DNA of 39,885 nucleotides from a virus (taxonomy: Duplodnaviria > Caudoviricetes): positions 1-39,885 of the IMG/VR virus record IMGVR_UViG_3300016471_000179; one strand, 5' to 3'. The notes under the pieces were generated by a model, which searched no databases, was not told the DNA's origin, and saw only the letters and a list, made by a program, of their open reading frames with translations. The position numbers were made by a program, and so were the translations under genes. Positions 28,488-37,494 of the stretch are shown piece after piece (the stretch's first letter is position 1; each line of letters starts with the position of its first letter).

Positions 28488-29119
28488 TGGCGTTTCTAGT
28501 CGCTAATATACCAAGAATTCGTTGTTACATTCGAAAAGAATTTCTTTATAACTTTGAAAAAGGTTTTGGTGAATATGTGCCGTGCATTTGGATATCGGTT
28601 AAATCAATGAGCCGAAGAGCATTTTTTATTGAATCTTATTTACCTGAGTATGGTGCTTTGTATGATAAACTTCCACTTCACGCATATGTAAGTAGAGATC
28701 ATGATTTAGAGATAGATAAATTTTTACCTCTAGATCATTTGCAAATATGGGACTGTTTGAGTTATGATATGACAGTAATTCAGAAATCATTTTTAAGTAA
28801 TTTGAGTGGTAAATTTTACGCAAAAGATAAACAATGGTATCATGGTAATTATTTATTTACGATTGACAATTGTGCATCAGATGAAACTTTAGATGTTGGC
28901 GATAGTGAGAATCCAGAAGATCACAAATCATATAATTTTCTAGAACTTGAAAATGGGCAGTATGCCGCACAACCAAACAATCGTTGTATTTTCTTTGATG
29001 CGGCAAGCAATCCTAAAGAATTGAAATTTCCAGACTTTAAAGTTTGCACAAAGAAATATGTTGTAGAACAAAATCCAAAATGGGCAATTGGTGATACTGA
29101 CGCGGTGATGTACGAATGA
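28487..29119 (+). CDS. Conserved phage hypothetical protein
   Basis: MAFLVANIP...GALYDKLP...LQIWDC.SY...G.YLFTID...HKS.N...GQYAAQPNNR; AGGAG SD before ATG 28487. Confidence 0.75.
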   Translation: MAFLVANIPRIRCYIRKEFLYNFEKGFGEYVPCIWISVKSMSRRAFFIESYLPEYGALYDKLPLHAYVSRDHDLEIDKFLPLDHLQIWDCLSYDMTVIQKSFLSNLSGKFYAKDKQWYHGNYLFTIDNCASDETLDVGDSENPEDHKSYNFLELENGQYAAQPNNRCIFFDAASNPKELKFPDFKVCTKKYVVEQNPKWAIGDTDAVMYE

Positions 29120-29418
29120 ATATTATTATAGAACTCATATCTCTTTTCATAGCAACTTTACTCTTTGCGCTTTTCTTTCGAAAAGCAAATGAGCAGATAG
29201 AGATTGAAGAAAAATCAAAATTAATTGATATCTACATTGAAAAAATAGGAGATGTTTATTATGCATGGCACGAAAAAGATTTTTTGTATCAGTCCAAAGA
29301 TACTGTAGAATTAGTAAAGTATATCAATATCAAATTTCCAAAAAGTTTAATAAAAATAACATCAGATAAGGAACTCATATGGCTACAGGAAGTAAAAAAA
29401 CAACTGAATCTAAACTAA
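29116..29418 (+). CDS. Hypothetical protein with N-terminal TM helix
   Basis: Hydrophobic N-terminus; ATGA overlap. Confidence 0.55.
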   Translation: MNIIIELISLFIATLLFALFFRKANEQIEIEEKSKLIDIYIEKIGDVYYAWHEKDFLYQSKDTVELVKYINIKFPKSLIKITSDKELIWLQEVKKQLNLN

Positions 29419-30383
29419 CGGGAGAAAGAACTGCATTTAAACCATTTAATTATCCTTGGGCATATGAAGCATGGTTAAAACATGAACAAAGTCATTGGCT
29501 ACACACTGAAGTGCCAATGCTTGAAGACGTTAAAGATTGGAAAAATAAACTAAACGAGAATGAAAAAAAGTTTCTTACACATATTTTTCGTTTCTTTACA
29601 CAAGGCGACATTGACGTTGCTGGTGGTTATGTAAAAAATTACTTACCTTATTTTCCACAACCAGAAGTTCGCATGATGCTATGCGGGTTTGCCGCAAGAG
29701 AAGCATTGCATATTGCCGCATATTCTCATCTGATTGAGACACTTGGATTACCTGAAACCATGTACAATGAATTCTTAACATACCAGGCAATGAAAGAAAA
29801 ACATGAGTATGTTCTAGATATCGCAGGGCAAAATTCATCTAAAGAAAATACCGCAAAGCATATCGCAACTTTCTCTGCATTCACAGAGGGTATGCAATTG
29901 TTTTCATCATTCATTATGCTATTGAACTTTCCGCGTCATGGTAAGATGAAAGGTATGGGACAAATTGTCACATGGTCAATCGTTGATGAAACACAACATG
30001 CTGAATCAATGATTAAACTTTTCAGAACATACATAGAAGAAAATCGTGAGATTTGGAACGATGACCTCAAGTCGAAGATTTATGTCATCGCAGAAAAGAT
30101 GGTAGAACTTGAAGACAAGTTTATTGATCTCGCATTTGAGATGGGAGAAATGGAAAATCTCAAGGCAGAAGATGTGAAGGAGTACATTCGCTATATTGCA
30201 GATCGCAGATTGATCTCTCTTGGCATGAAAGGTATCTTCAAGCGCAAGAAGAATCCATTGCTTTGGGTAGAGGAAATGATTAATGCACCAACTCACACAA
30301 ACTTCTTTGAGAATCGTGCTACAGATTACGCAAAAGGCGCATTGTCTGGTAGATGGGAAGACGTATGGGGCAAAGCAGCATAA
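29379..30383 (+). CDS. nrdB: Class I ribonucleotide reductase beta subunit
   Basis: FFTQGD, EALH..AY, EGMQLFSSF, DETQH di-metal ligands, NFFE.R.T.Y. Confidence 0.96.
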   Translation: MATGSKKTTESKLTGERTAFKPFNYPWAYEAWLKHEQSHWLHTEVPMLEDVKDWKNKLNENEKKFLTHIFRFFTQGDIDVAGGYVKNYLPYFPQPEVRMMLCGFAAREALHIAAYSHLIETLGLPETMYNEFLTYQAMKEKHEYVLDIAGQNSSKENTAKHIATFSAFTEGMQLFSSFIMLLNFPRHGKMKGMGQIVTWSIVDETQHAESMIKLFRTYIEENREIWNDDLKSKIYVIAEKMVELEDKFIDLAFEMGEMENLKAEDVKEYIRYIADRRLISLGMKGIFKRKKNPLLWVEEMINAPTHTNFFENRATDYAKGALSGRWEDVWGKAA

Positions 30384-31153
30384 AAAAATATAAAAGTATT
30401 TTTATTAGTGATGTACACCTTGGAACGAAAGATTGTAAAGCAGAATTTCTAAATAATTTTCTAAAGCATAACGATTGCGAAACGCTTTACTTAATTGGCG
30501 ACATAATTGATGGATGGAAAATACAACAAAATAGATGGCGATGGAAACAAAGTCATACGAATGTTGTACGCAGAATCTTGGGTCATGCAAAGCGAGGCAC
30601 AAAAGTTATTTACGTTGCAGGAAATCATGATGAGTTTTTAAGACCATTCATACCATATGGAGTATCTTTTGGTAATGTTGAAGTGTGTAATCATATAACT
30701 CATGTAGGTGCTGATGGTAAAAAATACTTAGTTGTACATGGAGATTTGTTTGATGGTATTACAAGACTTGCGCCATGGATTAGTTTTTTAGGCGACAGGG
30801 CTTATGATATAATTCTAGGGTTCAATACTAAATTCAACTGGTGGAGGCATAAATTTGGATTCGGCTATTGGAGTTTATCTAAGTATCTTAAGCATAAAGT
30901 CAAGCGGGCTGTGGATTTTATTTTTCAGTTTGAGCGCAATCTTACTGACTATGGCCGTAAGCGTGGTTTTGACGGGGTTATTTGTGGACACATCCACAAA
31001 GCAGAAATCAAAGAGATCAACGGAATCATCTACATGAATGATGGTGATTGGGTTGAATCATGCACCGCACTCGTAGAACATCACGATGGCAGATGGGAAA
31101 TTGTACAATGGAATAATATATTAGATGAAAACAGTTCTAATCATAACGGATAA
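30353..31153 (+). CDS. LpxH-like metallophosphoesterase, PlcP (phospholipase C)-type
   Basis: FISDVHLG, GDIIDGW, GNHDEFLR, HGD.FD, CGHIH, NDGDWVESCTALVE. Confidence 0.85.
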   Translation: MGRRMGQSSIKKYKSIFISDVHLGTKDCKAEFLNNFLKHNDCETLYLIGDIIDGWKIQQNRWRWKQSHTNVVRRILGHAKRGTKVIYVAGNHDEFLRPFIPYGVSFGNVEVCNHITHVGADGKKYLVVHGDLFDGITRLAPWISFLGDRAYDIILGFNTKFNWWRHKFGFGYWSLSKYLKHKVKRAVDFIFQFERNLTDYGRKRGFDGVICGHIHKAEIKEINGIIYMNDGDWVESCTALVEHHDGRWEIVQWNNILDENSSNHNG

Positions 31154-32123
31154 CCTTGCGAATCAAATCAATGGCGTTGTTACGACATACAAAAATATTG
31201 AAGCGTGTGCGATTCGCGATGGTTTTCGGTTCGTTTATATTACTCCCAATGAGTTCCGCTACTTTGATTGTCCTATCTACAACGAAGTCAAGATTGCCTA
31301 TCCAAGGAAAATGGGCGAGAAGATTGAGAAGATATGTCCGGATCATATCCATATCGCCACAGAGGGTCCTGTGGGTTTGTGGGCTAGAGCATATCTTACA
31401 AAACATGGTTATCGCTACAATACTGCTTACCATACTAAGTTTCCTGAAGGGCTGAAAACTCTTGCTGGAATCCCAGAATCTTTGACATGGCTATATATTA
31501 AGTGGTTTCACAGACACACTGGTAAAGTTTTATCGACAACCCAAAGTATGGTTGATCAATTAAAAGAAAAGAAATTAATTGCCGATATCGTACCATGGAC
31601 AAGAGGTGTAGACAGAGCAATATTCAATTCATCATATCGTAACAAAAAGGATAAAGTCATAGATTTATTATGTGTTTCTCGCGTAAGCAAAGAAAAAAAT
31701 TTAGAAGATTTCTTTGAATTAAAATATTCAAATGCTCGCAAGACTATGGTTGGTGATGGACCAATGTTAGAGATATATAAGAAGAATTATCCTGATGTCA
31801 ATTTTGTTGGATTTAAAGTAGGAAAAGATTTAGCAGAATATTTTGCAAATGCTGATGTATTTGTTTTTCCAAGTAAATGGGAAACTTTTGGTATTGTGAT
31901 GATTGAAGCAATGGCATGTGGTACTCCCGTTGCCGCATATCCTACACAGGGACCTATTGATGTTATTGATGAAGAATTTACTGGATATATGAGTATTGAT
32001 TTAACTTTTGCAATTGATAAATGTCTCATGCTGAATAGAAAGATTGTGGAAGAAAAAAGTTTTCGTTGGAGTTGGGACGAAGCATGGAGTATATTTAAGA
32101 ACAATTTAGTTTCCATAAAATAA
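31125..32123 (+). CDS. GT4 glycosyltransferase (Agt-like glycolipid synthase)
   Basis: TD....QINGVVTT, IHIATEGPVG, YHTKFPE, RGVD, RVSKEKN, ETFGIVMIEAMACGTPVAA. Confidence 0.88.
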   Translation: MKTVLIITDNLANQINGVVTTYKNIEACAIRDGFRFVYITPNEFRYFDCPIYNEVKIAYPRKMGEKIEKICPDHIHIATEGPVGLWARAYLTKHGYRYNTAYHTKFPEGLKTLAGIPESLTWLYIKWFHRHTGKVLSTTQSMVDQLKEKKLIADIVPWTRGVDRAIFNSSYRNKKDKVIDLLCVSRVSKEKNLEDFFELKYSNARKTMVGDGPMLEIYKKNYPDVNFVGFKVGKDLAEYFANADVFVFPSKWETFGIVMIEAMACGTPVAAYPTQGPIDVIDEEFTGYMSIDLTFAIDKCLMLNRKIVEEKSFRWSWDEAWSIFKNNLVSIK

Positions 32124-32137
32124 CTAACGGAGAGAGT

Positions 32138-32341
32138 ATGACAACAGGGTACAAATTATATTGCGAATCATGCGGAGAAGATTCTTACGTTGAACTAAAC
32201 AAACATCCAAAATATTGTCCATCGTGTGGTGCAGAAATTGATGATACAAATGTTGCTGAAGAAGAACTTGATGATATTGATGAAGAATGGGAAAAACTTT
32301 CAGAACAGTCTTTACGCGATTTAGACGATGAGTGGGAATAA
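32138..32341 (+). CDS. Small zinc-ribbon protein with acidic tail
   Basis: CESC...CPSCG. Confidence 0.7.
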   Translation: MTTGYKLYCESCGEDSYVELNKHPKYCPSCGAEIDDTNVAEEELDDIDEEWEKLSEQSLRDLDDEWE

Positions 32342-32898
32342 TTTTGATTTATGCAGGAATTGATTATTCTATGACATCTCCAGCAATCTGTCTATATAAT
32401 GATGTTGCTGGAGAATTCACTTTTGAAAATTGTAATTTATATTTCATGACACAAACAAAAAAGTACGAAGTTTCATTTAAGAATGTAAGTGGTCAATATT
32501 TTGAATATGCAAATGAGATGCAAAGATATGATATTATTTCTAGTTTTTTTATTGATCGAATTCTGGAGACCTATGAACCCACCAAAGTTTTCATAGAAGA
32601 TTATTCGATGGGGTCAAAAGGTCGTGTGTTTAACATCGCAGAGAATACGGGCGTATTGAAATATAGATTTTTTCAATTTCACATTCCTTTTGTAACTGTA
32701 CCACCAACAGTCATTAAAAAGTTTGCCACAGGTAAAGGCAACTCAAATAAAGAAAAATTACAAGAAGTCTTTGAACAAGAAAACTCTATTCGATTGAAAG
32801 AAGAGTTAAACATGACAGAAAAGCAATGGAATCCTTCGTCGGATTTAATTGATGCCTATTATATTTGCAAATATGGATACTCTAATGAAAATGGATGA
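32332..32898 (+). CDS. RuvC-like (RNase H fold) nuclease
   Basis: GIDYSMTSPA, FIEDY, IAENTG, PT.IKKFATGKGN..K, D..DAY. Confidence 0.8.
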   Translation: MGIILIYAGIDYSMTSPAICLYNDVAGEFTFENCNLYFMTQTKKYEVSFKNVSGQYFEYANEMQRYDIISSFFIDRILETYEPTKVFIEDYSMGSKGRVFNIAENTGVLKYRFFQFHIPFVTVPPTVIKKFATGKGNSNKEKLQEVFEQENSIRLKEELNMTEKQWNPSSDLIDAYYICKYGYSNENG

Positions 32899-33502
32899 AG
32901 ACAAAAACCCTTTTGCTGGTCTTTTTGATAATAAGATCATTGATGCAAAACCAGTCAGTAACTTAATCACAATATATCTCTCAGGAGAAATAGGAACACC
33001 AGAAAAATACATTGGTTGCATTGATGCAATTCGAAATGCTGGTGAACATGATATTGTTCGCATACATCTTAATTCGCCTGGCGGCGATTTATTTACAACA
33101 ATTCAGTTTATGAGAGCAATTGTTGAAACTCGCGCAATGGTAGTCGCTTCAGCAGAAGGCGCATGTATGTCTGCGGCAACAATGTTATTTTTGTGTGCTG
33201 ATCGATATGAAATTTCAGAGCATTGTTTATTCATGTTTCATAACTACTCTGGTGGCACATTTGGCAAGGGTGGAGAAATGTATGATCAATTAAAGCATGA
33301 AAGAAAATGGTCAGAAAAAATTATTCGAAAAATATATAGTAAGTTCTTGACTGAGGATGAAATTTGTAGTATACTAGAAAATAAAGATATTTGGATGGAA
33401 GGTGAAGAAGTTTTAAAGAGACTTGAAAAAAAATCATCTCCAGTTGAATCGCCTTCTAAAAGTAAACCATCAGCGAAAAAGAAAATTCCGCCCAAAAAAT
33501 AA
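32885..33502 (+). CDS. ClpP-family serine protease
   Basis: IHLNSPGG, CMSAAT (catalytic Ser), FMFH, D.W. Confidence 0.85.
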   Translation: MKMDEDKNPFAGLFDNKIIDAKPVSNLITIYLSGEIGTPEKYIGCIDAIRNAGEHDIVRIHLNSPGGDLFTTIQFMRAIVETRAMVVASAEGACMSAATMLFLCADRYEISEHCLFMFHNYSGGTFGKGGEMYDQLKHERKWSEKIIRKIYSKFLTEDEICSILENKDIWMEGEEVLKRLEKKSSPVESPSKSKPSAKKKIPPKK

Positions 33503-33517
33503 ATAAGGTCATATATT

Positions 33518-34345
33518 ATGTATCATTTGAAATTCAATTTTTATCACATAGGCGATCAAATCGCAACCACTGCTATGCCAGAAAACATTCACAACGTAAC
33601 TGGTGAGAAATGTATCATTTCAGATAAAAGAATTTGGGCGCTCAAACATAATCCTTATGTTGTCTTCATGGATGAAGAAGAAGCAAACAAGCATCCCATG
33701 ATCAGTTTGATTCCAGACTGTAGAATACAAGAACAAGTAAAGCAATACGCAGATATAATGAAATGTCCAATCTCAAATGGACAGACCGAATACATGTGCA
33801 TTCAATTAGGTTTCAATAATGTTCATCTAAGACATTCCCGCCTTTACATTTATGAAGACGAAAAGATTGTACCAAATCGAATCGTTGTTCACACCACAGG
33901 TTCAGATAGAACACGCGATGGTGAAATCGCAATTCGGACCACATCAGGAGAAGATGATGTTCGTATCATGTCCGATGATGTTATCAATTCTATTTTAAAG
34001 AACTACGAAGATTATGAGATTATTCAGATTGGTGGTGATAACGATAAGCCTCTTGGTGGCAATAGCACAAACCTCTGTGGCAAATTAGACTATTGGGAAG
34101 TCGCAAAACTCATCGCAGGTTCGGCAAAATTCATAGGCGTAAACTCAGGGCCAATGCACATTGCAAATTGTTATCCTAGAGTAGAAAAGAGAATCGTTCT
34201 ACAAGAGTTTCCAATTGATACGTTGATGACATACAAAGCAGGTGACATACGCAATTGGCTATTCTCTTGGATTGATCCAACATGCACTTTCTTTAATAAA
34301 TTTGACCACGATGTAGGCTATACCTACTCACATAAAAAACTATGA
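33518..34345 (+). CDS. GT9-like (heptosyltransferase-type) glycosyltransferase
   Basis: IGDQI N-terminus, IIQIGG, FIGVNSGPMHIA. Confidence 0.65.
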   Translation: MYHLKFNFYHIGDQIATTAMPENIHNVTGEKCIISDKRIWALKHNPYVVFMDEEEANKHPMISLIPDCRIQEQVKQYADIMKCPISNGQTEYMCIQLGFNNVHLRHSRLYIYEDEKIVPNRIVVHTTGSDRTRDGEIAIRTTSGEDDVRIMSDDVINSILKNYEDYEIIQIGGDNDKPLGGNSTNLCGKLDYWEVAKLIAGSAKFIGVNSGPMHIANCYPRVEKRIVLQEFPIDTLMTYKAGDIRNWLFSWIDPTCTFFNKFDHDVGYTYSHKKL

Positions 34346-35094
34346 AAAAAATTACAGTTGTCGTTGTAGGCAATACGCATCAAAAGGGTATGCGTTTTGC
34401 AATTGATAGAACATTAGAAAATACACCTGATGTCGAAAGTGTTTTACAGGTTGGCAATATACCTCTTGGATATGGTCATCATGTTTACATTCGAGACAAT
34501 TTCAATGTTGATGATTACAGTTACTTCATGATCAAGAATCTATGGGCACACATTAAAACAGAATTTGTGCTTGTCGTTCAATATGATGGTATGGCGGCGA
34601 ACAAGTTAGCATGGTCAGACGATTATTATAATTATGATTACATTGGTGCACCATGGCCTGATCGATTCACATGGATTGGCGCAGATGAGAAAGTTGGCAA
34701 CGGCGGATTTAGTCTTCGTAGTGCTAGATTGTTAGAAGCATTGCGTGATCCGTTCATCAAACTTGATACTAATAGCAATAGACTACGAAATGAAGATGCG
34801 GTAATTTGCCAAGGGCATTCTTCGTTTCTAAGAAAAAAATATGACATTAAATTTGCCACCATAGAAGTGGCAAACAAATTCAGTCATGAGTGGTGCAATC
34901 CTACAGGGGAAACATTTGGTTTTCATGGTGCATGGAACTTTCCGTTGTTTTTTGACGAAGATATTTGCCTGAAATATCTACTTGACATTCCAAAAGAACA
35001 CTGGTATAATGATAAACTACAGATGCTAGAAATGATCTGTAGGAAAAAAGATTATGGCAAACTATGGAATGCAATTATGCATAAGGTAAAATGA
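34342..35094 (+). CDS. Putative glycosyltransferase-like protein (DUF5672-like, from memory)
   Basis: QYDG, YDYIGAPW, VGNGGFSLRS, ED, FGFH. Confidence 0.7.
   Translation: MKKITVVVVGNTHQKGMRFAIDRTLENTPDVESVLQVGNIPLGYGHHVYIRDNFNVDDYSYFMIKNLWAHIKTEFVLVVQYDGMAANKLAWSDDYYNYDYIGAPWPDRFTWIGADEKVGNGGFSLRSARLLEALRDPFIKLDTNSNRLRNEDAVICQGHSSFLRKKYDIKFATIEVANKFSHEWCNPTGETFGFHGAWNFPLFFDEDICLKYLLDIPKEHWYNDKLQMLEMICRKKDYGKLWNAIMHKVK
34982..35010 (+). promoter_or_regulatory. Sigma70 consensus promoter
   Basis: TTGACA, 17 nt, TATAAT with extended TG, upstream of 35091 and the small-ORF array. Confidence 0.7.
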
Positions 35095-35378
35095 TTGACG
35101 TACTACGACCTACGGCGGAATGGATTAGAGATGATTGGAATTCAAATAAGTTTCGTTTCTTAGCAGAATTACTTGCATGGGCAATTTCAATTGGATGTGC
35201 AATTACTATGGCACTTACTGTACCAAATCCGCCTCTTCTTGCTTTGTATCCTGCATGGATAACTGGATGTGCTATATATGCTTGGGCTGCATGGACTCGG
35301 AAATCTTTTGGCATGTTGGCTAACTATCTCTTGTTGACAACCATTGATAGTGTTGGGTTGGTAAGGATGTTAATGTGA
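35091..35378 (+). CDS. Small three-TM membrane protein
   Basis: Hydrophobic 95 aa, R.SFGMLANY. Confidence 0.7.
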   Translation: MIDVLRPTAEWIRDDWNSNKFRFLAELLAWAISIGCAITMALTVPNPPLLALYPAWITGCAIYAWAAWTRKSFGMLANYLLLTTIDSVGLVRMLM

Positions 35379-35614
35379 AAGAAAGTATCATCAAAGCCGG
35401 ACTCGATTCTGGCATGTTAAATTATGTTGATAATGAGACACCGAGGCAGTACTTCATTTCGCATTGGGCAGACGAAGAATGCTTGGAACAATTCGCAGAC
35501 TTGCTTATCCAAGAATGTTGTGCTATAATTAAAGAGTGGAAAAAGGAACCTTTTCCATTCGATGAAGACTTGGCAGTGTCTCTTCTTAGAGAACATTTCG
35601 GAGTGGAAGAATGA
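35375..35614 (+). CDS. Divergent array paralogue 1
   Basis: EQFADLLIQECC...EHFGVEE. Confidence 0.75.
   Translation: MKESIIKAGLDSGMLNYVDNETPRQYFISHWADEECLEQFADLLIQECCAIIKEWKKEPFPFDEDLAVSLLREHFGVEE
35501..35529 (+). promoter_or_regulatory. Candidate promoter at the head of the array
   Basis: TTGCTT, 17 nt, TATAAT with extended TG. Confidence 0.5.
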
Positions 35615-35799
35615 ACGAACGAATTAGAGAACTTGCTAGACATGCAGGATTCGAATTGAACCCTGCACACTTTGATCATGAAAAGTTCGCCGAGTTGATT
35701 GTAGAAGAATGTGCTAATGTCGCCGATGAGAATTACATTCATCGCGGAAGTAGAACTTGTGGGCTAGCGATTAGACTACATTTCGGAGTTGAAGAATGA
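35611..35799 (+). CDS. Array paralogue 2
   Basis: MNERIRELA...EKFAELIVEEC...HFGVEE. Confidence 0.85.
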   Translation: MNERIRELARHAGFELNPAHFDHEKFAELIVEECANVADENYIHRGSRTCGLAIRLHFGVEE

Positions 35800-35960
35800 G
35801 TAAATTCAGTGAATTACTTGAAGAATATCTAGACGAGCGTGATCGCCAAAATAGCGATTACTATGATAACCGATATATTGGTTCCAAAATTCAAGGCAGA
35901 GAATTGATGCAGGAACTAGCGAAAGCAATGGATAAATTGATTCATGGAGTTGAAGAATGA
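35796..35960 (+). CDS. Unrelated 54-aa ORF in array (not in track)
   Basis: MSKFSELLEEYLDERD...KLIHGVEE; ATGA overlaps at both ends. Confidence 0.75.
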   Translation: MSKFSELLEEYLDERDRQNSDYYDNRYIGSKIQGRELMQELAKAMDKLIHGVEE

Positions 35961-36301
35961 ACGAACGAATTAGAGAACTTGCTGAACAGGCTGGATTGAA
36001 AGTAAATGCAGATGGCGAAATTGGACCTGCTTTCTTTGGTTCCATTGATGCTGGATACAAAAAGTTCGCCGAGTTGATTGTTCAGGAATGTGCTGATGTT
36101 GGTTCTAAATTTAGTCAAGCACACCCAGAAGATATTCGTTATCAGATCAAAAGACATTTCGGAGTTGAAGAACCTAAAGGTTATCAACCTACAGGTTGGG
36201 TGTGCCCAAAATGTGGCACTGATAGAACCAAGGCCGCTTGTCCTCGTGGCCGTGGAGCAGCAACAGATGGTAGTTGCCCTATGTTTGGAGTAGCACAATG
36301 A
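35957..36301 (+). CDS. Array paralogue 3 with C-terminal Cys-rich (CxxC) extension
   Basis: HFGVEE continues in frame into GWVCPKCG...C...C. Confidence 0.85.
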   Translation: MNERIRELAEQAGLKVNADGEIGPAFFGSIDAGYKKFAELIVQECADVGSKFSQAHPEDIRYQIKRHFGVEEPKGYQPTGWVCPKCGTDRTKAACPRGRGAATDGSCPMFGVAQ

Positions 36302-36510
36302 ATACAATTAGATTATGTAAAAGAGAAGTAGAGCGAATTCGAGAACTGTTTGACACCATACATCAAACCGGTAATGTTGGGTTTGTCACTCTTACTCGAG
36401 ACGCAGAGGACTCTGGTATTGGCTATGAACTTAGAGCCACCTTTCAGATTACTCACAAAGACACAGATGGTGATTTTGTTGTAACTATCACTGACCATAG
36501 AGATTGGTAA
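36298..36510 (+). CDS. Hypothetical protein, paralogue of 38815-39039
   Basis: SGIG...G.F...ITD.R.W; ATGA overlap at 36298. Confidence 0.7.
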   Translation: MNTIRLCKREVERIRELFDTIHQTGNVGFVTLTRDAEDSGIGYELRATFQITHKDTDGDFVVTITDHRDW

Positions 36511-36511
36511 T

Positions 36512-36730
36512 ATGAACGAACGAATTCGACTACTTGCTGAACAGGCTGGATTGAAAGTAAATGCAGATGGCGAAATTGGACCTGCTTTCTTTGGTTCCAT
36601 TGATGCTGGATACAAAAAGTTCGCCGAGTTGATTGTTCGGGAATGCTTGTTAAAAATTGAGAATGAGCGGTTTGAACTTCCTGATTTTATTATTGATAGC
36701 GTCAAACAACATTTTGGAGTTGAAGAATGA
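36512..36730 (+). CDS. Array paralogue 4
   Basis: MNERIRLLA...KKFAELIVREC...HFGVEE. Confidence 0.85.
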   Translation: MNERIRLLAEQAGLKVNADGEIGPAFFGSIDAGYKKFAELIVRECLLKIENERFELPDFIIDSVKQHFGVEE

Positions 36731-36894
36731 AACAGTATAATGTCTGGTATGGTGCGGTACCTTTTCAAAACAAAACTTTTAGGTCTTGGAAAGAGGCAGT
36801 GGCTTTTATGAAAGAACAATTGGATGCTGGTGTGATTGTGCGATCAGTAACAAAAGAGGAAGTGGAAGAAGAATATTTTGGATTTGAAGAATGA
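36727..36894 (+). CDS. Unrelated 55-aa ORF in array (not in track)
   Basis: MKQYNVWYG...EEYFGFEE; ATGA overlaps at both ends. Confidence 0.7.
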   Translation: MKQYNVWYGAVPFQNKTFRSWKEAVAFMKEQLDAGVIVRSVTKEEVEEEYFGFEE

Positions 36895-37160
36895 ATGAAC
36901 GAATTAAAGAACTTGCCGAACAAGCATGGCGTGCTGCCTCTGACGAAGTAGCACATCTCATCCGTGTTCATAATAGGTCATATTCACAGGATGAGATCAC
37001 AGATATTTTTGAAATTAAATTCGCCGAGTTGATTGTTAGGGAATGTGTCGAAGTATGTGGTTCTGTTGCGGCAGTTAGAGCAGGATATCACGATGCAGAT
37101 GGTAGAGATACAGCAGATTCTTGTGGTGATCAGATTAAAGAACATTTCGGAGTTGAATGA
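36891..37160 (+). CDS. Array paralogue 5
   Basis: MNERIKELA...KFAELIVREC...HFGVE. Confidence 0.85.
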   Translation: MNERIKELAEQAWRAASDEVAHLIRVHNRSYSQDEITDIFEIKFAELIVRECVEVCGSVAAVRAGYHDADGRDTADSCGDQIKEHFGVE

Positions 37161-37372
37161 TGAACGAACGAATTCGACTACTTGCTGAACAGGCTAAAGC
37201 AGAATCTAACCAATGGCTTGGTAGTAAACCTGCAATTACAATAACATACGATGAGTTGGAAAAGTTCGCCCTGTTGATTGTCCGGGAATGTGCTAATAGA
37301 ATAGATTATTGGGAATCAAGACAGGGCGAACATTCTGATGATTTACTAAAACATTTCGGAGTTGAAGAATGA
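37157..37372 (+). CDS. Array paralogue 6
   Basis: MNERIRLLA...EKFALLIVREC...HFGVEE. Confidence 0.85.
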   Translation: MMNERIRLLAEQAKAESNQWLGSKPAITITYDELEKFALLIVRECANRIDYWESRQGEHSDDLLKHFGVEE

Positions 37373-37491
37373 CCGAAGGTGACCGAGCAGGTTGGTGGGC
37401 CGTTGTATATCTACTTATGGTAGGTGTGGCCGCTTATTTCACTATGTTTATGGTCATTTTCAGTTTTATTAAACAAATGTTTTGGAGTTAA
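37369..37491 (+). CDS. 40-aa single-TM peptide in array (not in track)
   Basis: MTEGDRAGWWAVVYLLMVGVAAYFTMFMVIFSFIKQMFWS. Confidence 0.7.
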   Translation: MTEGDRAGWWAVVYLLMVGVAAYFTMFMVIFSFIKQMFWS

Positions 37492-37494
37492 AGA

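Noticed and set aside
30353-31153. True lipid A biosynthesis LpxH
   Set aside because: The GNHD motif and pairing with an Agt-like GT4 fit the PlcP-type subfamily better than canonical LpxH (GNRD).
35957-36730. Diversity-generating retroelement TR/VR pair
   Set aside because: The 107-nt repeat is identical with no adenine-specific mismatches, the variable segments differ in length, and there is no reverse transcriptase in the window.
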